Assembly: GCA_963816435.1 (NCBI GenBank)
Contig: CAWFKS010000013.1
Location: 122,848 to 186,847, forward strand
Source: an uncultured Alphaproteobacteria bacterium
Lineage (GTDB): Bacteria > Pseudomonadota > Alphaproteobacteria > Rhizobiales > Rhizobiaceae
DNA: 64,000 bases
Direction: 5' to 3'
Under the pieces are notes generated by a model. The model searched no databases. It was not told the origin of the DNA and saw only the letters and a list, made by a program, of their open reading frames with translations. The translations under genes and the position numbers were made by a program. Shown one piece after another: positions 57,374 to 64,000 of this stretch. Position 1 is the first letter of the stretch; each line of letters starts with the position of its first letter.

Positions 57374-57994
57374 ATGCCAACTTGCGATAAGTGCGGTGAG
57401 GAAATCGAGTTTCGCGATATGGGCGGCAGGCCCACGCCGATCCATGTGAGCGGGGGGTGGTGCAAAGGGTACCGTTCCGGCGCTAGCTCCACCGTCGCCA
57501 AGGCGTTTCAAACGGTCGTCTCGTACGTAAACCCGAATGCCCATTGCCCGGTGTGCGGCGAACGGGTGTTTTTTTATCAAAGTCCGAATGGCGGGAGGGT
57601 GTTCTTCGACGATTTGGGGTGGCCGTGGCCGAAACATAGCTGCACAGACAACCCGAAGTCGCAGTCAGCAAGCGTGAAAACTGTAGCGCAGAGCGTTCAT
57701 ACGTCTTTTCGAAATCGGGACGGTGAACCGCTCGACCTCTACGAACTAGCGTCGCTCACTGAGGCGAAGAACATCGTCGATATGCGTTTCCGCAGGATCG
57801 GTGAGAACCGCAGCTTTCAAGGCTCGGTCTCTGTCGGCGAACTGCAGGGTTGGAAAGTCACCGTTGCGGATATCAGAGCTGCGCCTTCCTTCGTTGTGCG
57901 GTCGAGCGGCGCATTTCGAATTGTCGAATTCATTTCGAGCCGCAAGCAGATGATTGATCGCATCGTGGTTCGGAAGCCAACGCCTTCCGCGTAG
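57374..57994 (+). CDS. Zinc-ribbon protein, unknown function
   Basis: Two CxxC pairs (CDKCGEEIEF, CPVCGERVFFYQ) plus a conserved-looking GWPWPKHSC. ATG 57374 lies downstream of the track start at 57221. Confidence 0.55.
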   Translation: MPTCDKCGEEIEFRDMGGRPTPIHVSGGWCKGYRSGASSTVAKAFQTVVSYVNPNAHCPVCGERVFFYQSPNGGRVFFDDLGWPWPKHSCTDNPKSQSASVKTVAQSVHTSFRNRDGEPLDLYELASLTEAKNIVDMRFRRIGENRSFQGSVSVGELQGWKVTVADIRAAPSFVVRSSGAFRIVEFISSRKQMIDRIVVRKPTPSA

Positions 57995-58046
57995 CTGGTG
58001 TCCAGCGTCCTCCTACGTTCGTGAGACACCCTTCCTCGACCAGGCT

Positions 58047-58304
58047 TCAGGCCTCGGCAAACCCCATCAGTTGTCGCAACACTTCAACTCGCTGGTTGCG
58101 TAGGGTCGTCACGCCTTCTCGAACGGAGCCGAGTGGGTCGGGGTGAGGGTCGAGATACCTCCAGCGGATTTCGCGGAAGCCGTCAGGCATATCTGGGGGC
58201 GACACATGCGCCGGCCGCCAAGCGTAGACGCTCCAAGCGTGGAACTCGAGAAACCGGGAAAGCGGACCGTCCTTGTCTGACAGGCTGCCGAGACATTCGG
58301 GCAT
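58047..58304 (-). CDS. Hypothetical small protein
   Basis: ORF only. No motif recognised. Confidence 0.25.
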   Translation of the reverse strand: MPECLGSLSDKDGPLSRFLEFHAWSVYAWRPAHVSPPDMPDGFREIRWRYLDPHPDPLGSVREGVTTLRNQRVEVLRQLMGFAEA

Positions 58305-58483
58305 CAGGCAGAGATTGGCGAGATGAGTTTAGGCTGACGGATCCTTGGTCGCCTGTCTGTGCCAGTGAGATGAGAACAGCCGCTTGAGGCACTGTGGGCT
58401 GAGGTAGACCTACGGCGATCGAATGGCGGCTCTCTCTGCGCGGACTGCTGCCGGCCTTGATCACCGAGGATTTGGAGGGGTCC

Positions 58484-58515
58484 AAAAAAAAAGACCCCGC
58501 CTTGAAGGCGGGGCC
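58484..58515 (-). terminator. Rho-independent terminator (minus strand)
   Basis: The minus strand reads GGCCCCGCC-ttcaa-GGCGGGGTC followed by T9. Confidence 0.8.
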
Positions 58516-58529
58516 GAGTCATTCGCCTA

Positions 58530-58621
58530 CTACTTCACCTTTCCCGTCCTTCGAGAAACCTCTTTGGTGCCGCGAAGGATTTCGGTGCCGAGAACACCAG
58601 GCATGACTTCCTTGTAGGTGC
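58530..58621 (-). pseudogene. 3-prime remnant (30 codons) of a gene truncated by IS insertion
   Basis: The minus frame TYKEVMPGVLGTEILRGTKEVSRRTGKVK* runs from the IS end (58622) to a stop at 58530, directly upstream of the strong terminator. Confidence 0.4.
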
Positions 58622-58647
58622 TGACCTGCTCCCCGTTTTGTCCGCGC

Positions 58648-59505
58648 CTATAAGTTAGCCCTGTTCACGTTGTGGTCCGATCTGGACCGGGTTGCAAATT
58701 CGTTCGGGGTGAGCCCGTCGAGGCTCGTGTGCGGTCGATTCACATTGTAGTCGATCCTCCATTCTTCGATGCTGTTGCGAGCGTGCTGATAGCTGGTGAA
58801 GAGCCGTTCGTTGAGGCACTCGTCGCGCAGCCGACCATTGAAGCTTTCCACGAAGCCGTTCTGCATCGGCTTGCCCGGTGCGATGTAGTGCCATTCGACC
58901 TGCCGATCCTCCTGCCACGCCAGGATCGCATTCGAGGTCAGCTCGGTGCCGTTGTCCGACACGATCATGCAGGGGTAGCCGCGATGCTCGGCGATGATGT
59001 CGAGTTCGCGGGCGACACGTTCGCCCGAGATCGAGTTGTCGACGACCGTGGCCAGGCATTCCCGGCTGAAGTCGTCGATGACGCACAGGATCCGGAAGCG
59101 GCGGCCGTCGGTCAGCGTGTCCGAGACGAAGTCGAGGCTCCAGCGCTGGTTGGCATCCTGCGGGATAGCCATCGGTGCCCTCGTGCCAAGCGCCCGCTTG
59201 CGGCCGCCACGTTTGCGCACTGTCAGGCGCTCTTCCCGATAAAGCCTGTAGAGCTTCTTCCAGTTCAACGCCACGCCTTCGCGTCTCAGGAGCAGGTGCA
59301 GCCGGCGATAGCCGAAGCGTCGGCGCTCGGCTGCCAGTTCCCGTAGCCGCTTTCGCAGGTCAGCGTCGTCCGGTCGCCTCGAACGATAGCGGTAGACCCG
59401 CGGCTCCATGCCGACGAGCCGGCAAGCACGACGTTGCGTATAACCCTTGTTCTCGATCGCCCAGGTCACGGCGGTTCTCCTCGACCCAGGCGTCAGAAGT
59501 TTTTT
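58648..59505 (-). CDS. IS3-family transposase OrfB (expressed as OrfAB by -1 frameshift)
   Basis: DDE/rve core WSLDFVSD...[11 protein letters not shown]...[20 protein letters not shown]. The -1 frame is open across the slippery site. Confidence 0.9.
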   Translation of the reverse strand, partial: KKLLTPGSRRTAVTWAIENKGYTQRRACRLVGMEPRVYRYRSRRPDDADLRKRLRELAAERRRFGYRRLHLLLRREGVALNWKKLYRLYREERLTVRKRGGRKRALGTRAPMAIPQDANQRWSLDFVSDTLTDGRRFRILCVIDDFSRECLATVVDNSISGERVARELDIIAEHRGYPCMIVSDNGTELTSNAILAWQEDRQVEWHYIAPGKPMQNGFVESFNGRLRDECLNERLFTSYQHARNSIEEWRIDYNVNRPHTSLDGLTPNEFATRSRSDHNVNRANL

Positions 59506-59759
59506 CCGAGCATCTCGCGCAAGGTCGAGACGTCGAGCATGGCGTCGGCCAGTAGGCGCTTCAGCTTGCCGTTCTCCTCCTCGAGGCTCTTCAGCCGCTT
59601 CGCCTCCGACAGCTCCATGCCGCCATACTTCGAGCGCCACTTGTAAAACGTCGCGTCGCTCACACCGTATTTGCGGCAGAGCTCCGTCGCCGATAGCCCC
59701 GCCTGGTGCTCCTTCAAAATGCCGATGATCTGTTCGTCGGAAAACCTGCTGCGCTTCAT
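59493..59759 (-). CDS. IS3-family transposase OrfA
   Basis: [47 protein letters not shown]. It ends at ..GGA AAA AAC.., a canonical in-phase A AAA AAC slippery heptamer at 59499-59505. Confidence 0.9.
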   Translation of the reverse strand: MKRSRFSDEQIIGILKEHQAGLSATELCRKYGVSDATFYKWRSKYGGMELSEAKRLKSLEEENGKLKRLLADAMLDVSTLREMLGKNF

Positions 59760-59824
59760 TGCCTGTCTCCTCATCCGGATGACAGGCTAACCTCAAAGCG
59801 AGGACATTTCAGGGGAGCAGGTCA

Positions 59825-60493
59825 AGACGATCGACGGGTGATCAGCGGCATCCTGCATGTGCTGAAGACGGGCTGCCGCTGGCAGGACTGCCCTGCTGAA
59901 TACGGTCCGCCCACGACCATCTACAACCGCTTCAACCGCTGGTCCCGCCGCCGGCTCTGGAGCCGCATCCTTGATGCCCTCGTCGCGAAGGGTGTGCTTG
60001 CGCTGTCAGCGTCGATCGACTCCAGCTATGTGAAGGCGCACCGCTCTGCCCATGGCGGAAAAGGGGGGCGAAGGCGCAGGCCATCGGGCCCTCGCGCGGC
60101 GGCCAGACCACCAAGATCCATGCAGTGACGGACCTTCTCGGGCGGCCCGCCATTCTGCGGCTGACGGCCGGCAACGTTGCCGATGTTACCATGGCCGGGT
60201 CGCTGATGAATGCGGCCGGTCGGGTGCGCTGCCTGATCGCTGACAAGGGCTACGACGCCAACGCGCTGCGCAAACGATTGCGCGCTGAAGGTGCCCAGGC
60301 CGTCATTCCTGGTCGCTCAAACCGCAAGGTGCCGATCGAATATGACGAGGCTCGCTACAAGAGCCGCTGGCGCATAGAGGCCGCCTTCTGCAGGCTGAAG
60401 GACTTCCGCCGCGTCGCAACTCGATACGACAAGCTGGCCAGGAACTTCTTCTCCGCTGTCGCGCTCGCAACCGTCATCGCCTTCTGGGTATGA
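59825..60493 (+). mobile_element. IS5-family (IS427-like) element remnant; the left end and about 40 N-terminal codons were removed at the IS3 junction
   Basis: Homology starts right after 59824 (DDRRVISGILHVLKTGCRWQD..). The DDE part continues in the -1 frame after GGAAAAGGGGGGCG (60057-60070): ..GGQTTKIHAVTD...IADKGYD...RWRIEAAFCRLKDFRRVATRYDK. Confidence 0.8.
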
Positions 60494-60849
60494 ATGAGTC
60501 TCGACCCTAACAGAAATGCCTTGAAGCATCAGCAGTCATCGGAACTTCTGACGTTTTCGCTGCATAGGATGGCAATCGATAAGTGAGTGGGACGCGAGGA
60601 TTGCGTCACGGGGCCGACCTTGGATGAAAGGCTCGGCAGGCGAGAAGGAGGCGCGTGCGGCGATCACCGCCTGAACCTACCTTTGTCTTGCGATAGATAG
60701 AGCGGTCCTTCGGGGTCGCTCTCTTTTTTGGCGGCATCGCCGTCTGTGTAGCTTACGACCACAACGAGCAAGATCGAAACTGGTGAGAACTGCATCACTG
60801 TGTTGATGATCGATGCGCTACGCGGTACGCCGTGGATCAGGAGGCTGCT

Positions 60850-61165
60850 ATGAGCGAGCGCCGAAGAAAGACCACCAGACTCGACCGTAAGTCTCGACGA
60901 TGAGGACTATGCGTCGCTGGCGACCATCGCTGAGAGAAGCGATGTTTCGTTGTCGTGGGTTACCTTCCGGCGCATAGAAGCGATCACCCAAACCACTGGC
61001 GGATACAGAGTGCTCGATCTGACCGAACCCAGCGTTCGCGCCGCGATTGAGACGGGCACAAGCGCCCAAGTTTGTTCGAGGGAAAGGCGGCGGTCGATTA
61101 TGTTGCGTGAGGGATGCGCGACGCGAATGCGCAGAAGCATCAAGGGTAAATTTCGGTGGTTGTAA
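60850..61165 (+). pseudogene. Ribbon-helix-helix (CopG-like) protein, frameshifted near 60885
   Basis: ATG 60850 has a GGAGG Shine-Dalgarno (MSERRRKTTRL..). The +1 frame then gives TVSLDDEDYASLATIAERSDVSLSWV, a typical RHH strand-helix. The 3-prime limit is uncertain. Confidence 0.5.
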
Positions 61166-61870
61166 GAAGACGCGGCAACGCCCTCGAAAAGTGGGAGATC
61201 GCGCTCATCAAGGCTATGGTCTCGCGTGGAGACTGGCCGAATGACCAAGACATCCTTGTACTTCACTAGACCGACACGCTCAGTAAACCATCGGGCGATC
61301 GCCGAGATAAGGAAAAATGAGAAGCACGCAGCCATCAAGGCAGCCGCCGACGATGCGTTAAGCGAATTCTTGGCAACGTGGCCCGATGTGGACCCTCAAA
61401 CAGGTTTGAGCATACGAGGCGACGAACTTCTCATTAAGGCGCGCGAAGCAATGATCGCCGCCGTTCACATATTCAACGGCGCGGGCCTAACCTTTCGCGC
61501 GGAGTTGTTCATCGTGACCAGCGTGATCGGATGGACCTACCTTTTGCACGCTTGGTTCCGGCGCGAGGGCATCGATTATCGCTATAAGAACGCAGACGGC
61601 ACGTTCAAGAAGACCAAGCAAGGTGAAGATTGCTACTGGGAGCTGGGAAAATGTCTTCGGCACAATCGCTGCCCCCTGTCGCCAGGCGCCGTCAAAAATC
61701 TAGAGTTCCTCCTGGAGCTTCGACACGAGATCGAACATCGGTCCACCAGCCGGATTGACGATGCTGTCAGCGCGAAATTGCAGGCCTGTTGCATCAATTT
61801 CAATGACGCGATCAAAGCTCTGCGGGCCTATCCACCAAACGCAGGTGCCTTCCCCGGACGCCTAAATTAA
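61156..61870 (+). pseudogene. DUF3644-like protein, frameshifted near 61258 and probably 3-prime truncated
   Basis: Frame 1 reads ..GNALEKWEIALIKAMVSRGDWPNDQDILV. Frame 2 reads YFTRPTRSVNHRAIAEIRKNEKH...AVHIFNGAGLTFRAELFIVTSVIGWTYLLHAWFRREGIDYRY. The family is assigned from memory. Confidence 0.4.
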
Positions 61871-61954
61871 CCAAGGATTTAGGTCGATTCTCCTCCCCGC
61901 TTGAACAGACGCCAGTTTCCGCCCACATCGCAGCCTTCGAGTGCGGGGGCGGCA

Positions 61955-63022
61955 ATGGCCCAGAAACGACAGCCCAGGATCAACAGCCTCGAGTGGCTGG
62001 AATGGAAGTTTCCCACGGAGGAATCCGCGCGGAAGCTCTTCGAGCGGCTCGTCTGGCCGGAGGGAGCGCACTGCCCGCACTGCGGTTCGGCCGAGGTCTG
62101 GCGCTTCCGTGAGAAGGGCAGGAAGTCGCGGCCCGGCCTCTACGAGTGCCGCCACTGCGCAGGCCAGTTCACGGTCACGACGAAGACCCCGATGCACGCC
62201 ACGAAGCTCCCGCTGAAGGTCTGGCTGCGGGCAATCTACCTGATTCTCTTCTCGTCGAAGGGCGTGTCCTCCGTAATCCTGGGGAAGCAGCTCGGCGTCA
62301 GGCAGCCAACGGCGTGGAAGGTGGCGCACGCGGTCCGGGAGATGACGGACGACCGCGATGGCAAGGACCCGCTGCTCGGCCGTATCGTCGAGGTCGACAC
62401 GACCTAGATGGGAGCGCCGCCGCGCAAGAAGAAAACCAAGTTCCACAAGCACGTCTGGAACCCGCCTGGCAGGGGCACGAAGCGGCCGGAGGTGGCGGTC
62501 GCCGCCAGCCGGGACGGGCGCGTGGCCGCGGCGGTCGTCCCCAAAGGCGACAAGGGCGCGATCGCCCGGTTCCTGGACCGATTTGTCGCCAGGGATGCCC
62601 GGATCATGTCGGATGACGACCGCAGCATCGCCAAGGCCGCCAAGGCTTTCGCGGGCCACAAGACCGTCACGCACAGCCAGGACGAGTTCGCCCGCGGGGA
62701 TGTCCATTCCAACACGGTGGAGGGCCTGGCCGCGCATCTGAAGCGGGCGCAGCTCGGCGTGTTCCACTACATCAGCGAGATGCACCTGCAGCGCTACGTC
62801 GACGAGCTGGTCTTCCGGAGGAACCAGCGCGAGGTCGTGATCAGGCAATACGAACGGGATGGGCCTGCGACGCTGGAGCTGGTCTACCGTGACTTCGAGA
62901 TCCAGCTGGAGGACCTGCTTAAGCGGGCCGTCGGGCGGCAGGTGCGGAGGTCCGAAGTCGGAGGCCTCGAGTGGCCGCCGCCGATCGCGCCGGGGTACGC
63001 GACAGCGCCTTCTGCGGCTTGA
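61955..63022 (+). mobile_element. IS1595-family (ISXO2-like) transposase gene with one in-frame TAG; element ends unresolved
   Basis: N-terminal zinc ribbon CPHCGS...CRHCAGQF. The DDE_Tnp_IS1595-like C-terminus carries FRRNQRE. ORFs 61901..62407 and 62408..63022 are in the same frame and are separated only by a TAG at 62405-62407 (VEVDTT*MGAPPRKKK). Confidence 0.8.
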
Positions 63023-63025
63023 CTA

Positions 63026-63046
63026 ATATCATATGAGATATCATAT
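63026..63046. promoter_or_regulatory. Candidate toxin-antitoxin operator
   Basis: ATATCATAT-gag-ATATCATAT. Each 9-mer is near-palindromic. The site ends 7 nt upstream of the PIN start codon. Confidence 0.4.
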
Positions 63047-63052
63047 TCCGCC

Positions 63053-63490
63053 ATGAACGTTTTCGATGCCAATGTCATCCTGTCGGCTTTCCGGTCGAGG
63101 AACGGTGGTTCCAACATTATTTTGCGCGAGATGATAAGCGGCACGATCTCGTTTGCGGTGTCACCGGCCGTAGCCCTTGAATATGAGGACGTGCTGAAGC
63201 GACCGGGCATACTTGGTGAGAATCCTTGGGTCACCCATGAAGAGATTGATGTCATTCTTGATGCTGTATTCAAACGGGCAAAGCTGGTGTCACCGTGGTT
63301 CCGCTTTCGGCCGTTTCTTCAGGACCCCAAGGATGACTTGTACATCGAATGCGCTCTCGCCGCCGGAGCGCGGACGATCGTGACGAGCGATCGGCATTTC
63401 GATGTCCCGGTTGTCGGCGCGTTCGGACTGTCGGTTGTCAAGGCAGGAGAATTCCTTGCCGAGTTCAGAAGAAGGAGCCAGCCAACATGA
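63053..63490 (+). CDS. PIN-domain toxin (putative RNase)
   Basis: Acidic residues in PIN context: MNVFDANVILS (Asp5), VALEYEDVL, DDLYIECA and IVTSDRHF. Confidence 0.8.
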   Translation: MNVFDANVILSAFRSRNGGSNIILREMISGTISFAVSPAVALEYEDVLKRPGILGENPWVTHEEIDVILDAVFKRAKLVSPWFRFRPFLQDPKDDLYIECALAAGARTIVTSDRHFDVPVVGAFGLSVVKAGEFLAEFRRRSQPT

Positions 63491-63756
63491 GTAGCTATCC
63501 CCTGAGGCTTGCAGACCACGTGATGGAAGAGGCAAAGCAGGCCGCTGCAGAAGAAAACGTATCGCTAAATCAGCTGCTGGCAGCATTCATTGCCGACGGC
63601 ATCGGCCATCGTCGAGCGATATTGAGCCTAAGAACGAGGGCAGCGCGCGGGAACCCTGAAGCAGCGCTGGCTATTCTGGACCGCGCCCCGGATGTTCCCC
63701 CTGATCCAGGCGACGAGATACCGGACGAAGGAGGTACGGTAGCACCTCGACTCTGA
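63487..63756 (+). CDS. Antitoxin (RHH/Arc-type, HicB-C-like)
   Basis: The ATG overlaps the PIN stop (ATGA). The beta-strand/helix start is SYPLRLADHVMEEAKQAAAEENVSLNQLLAAFIADG. The tail is acidic and Pro-rich. Confidence 0.7.
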   Translation: MSSYPLRLADHVMEEAKQAAAEENVSLNQLLAAFIADGIGHRRAILSLRTRAARGNPEAALAILDRAPDVPPDPGDEIPDEGGTVAPRL

Positions 63757-63765
63757 AAAGAAGTT

Positions 63766-63795
63766 AAGGGCGCTAGTGAGCGGCCCTTCATTTTT
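63766..63795 (+). terminator. Rho-independent terminator candidate
   Basis: AAGGGC-11 nt-GCCCTT followed by CATTTTT. Confidence 0.5.
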
Positions 63796-64000
63796 CGACG
63801 CACCTGCGTTTGGCGGATAGGTGCGAAGCTCTGTTCGGTTTGCAATACGGCTTGGAAAGAAGACTGCCCATTGCGCTTCAGTTCGTCACTTTCAGTTCAG
63901 ACCAACGCGCGGTATTGAAGAAGGCTAGTTCCCTTCCAGCTCACATTGAAGCCATGATGGACGAATTCCATCAAGGGCTTACCGACGAGGAACAGGCCGA

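Larger units (their letters stand above)
58622..59824 (-). mobile_element. IS3-family (IS407-group-like) insertion sequence, 1203 bp, apparently intact
   Basis: Terminal inverted repeats were read directly. TGACCTGCTCCCCGTTTTGTCC starts at 58622. The reverse complement of the sequence ending at 59824 is TGACCTGCTCCCCTGAAATGTCC. The flanking 4-mers differ (GTGC vs AGAC), so there is no target duplication. Confidence 0.9.

Noticed and set aside
60907-61338. 143-aa minus-strand ORF.
   Set aside because: It lies antisense to the RHH and DUF3644-like remnants, which have recognisable motifs. It has no features of its own.
63955-64000. Possible new gene start (ATGATGGACGAATTCCATCAAGGG..) at the right edge.
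   Set aside because: Only about 15 codons are visible, which is too short to support.

Overview
High-GC segment, probably alphaproteobacterial and Rhizobiales-like (inferred from gene content only). It has two very different halves.

**1-37.7 kb: densely packed, mostly intact catabolic and transport operons**
- An amide-type ABC ATPase pair. The second ATPase is fused in frame to an amidase-signature enzyme, and an acyl-CoA ligase follows.
- A ribose-type sugar ABC operon carrying strictosidine-synthase/SMP-30-like beta-propeller modules. It contains five frameshifts.
- A secreted Gln-rich PRC-barrel repeat protein.
- An unsaturated-uronate oligosaccharide locus: kduD, esterase, CUT1-type ABC transporter, an 847-aa six-hairpin-like enzyme, kduI, a GH88/GH105-type hydrolase and a LacI regulator.
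- A flavin reductase / aldo-keto reductase / LLM monooxygenase / GntR block that matches the smoABCD sulfoquinovose-monooxygenase core in order and orientation.
- A LeuCD-like dehydratase plus a PEP-mutase/isocitrate-lyase-family enzyme, with a LysR regulator.
- A TauT/Ssu-type ABC importer.

**37.7-64 kb: mosaic accessory region**
- Five IS elements or remnants (IS3 x2, IS110, IS5, IS1595).
- A short tyrosine recombinase, a tRNA-Met 3-prime-half remnant and a PIN/RHH toxin-antitoxin pair.
- Many truncated or frameshifted genes.

**Most interesting part: an intact, uncharacterised minus-strand module at 47.9-54.9 kb.** Gene order is:
1. A SARP/TPR regulator.
2. A PAP2/vanadium-haloperoxidase-like protein with an N-terminal (Gly-Ile-Gln)x6 collagen-like repeat.
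3. A tightly coupled S8 subtilase with no signal peptide and a very large insertion between its catalytic residues.
4. A double-hotdog-like protein.
5. A polytopic membrane protein.

No rRNA, intact tRNA or CRISPR array was seen. All family assignments come from motif reading by eye and need HMM or structure confirmation.
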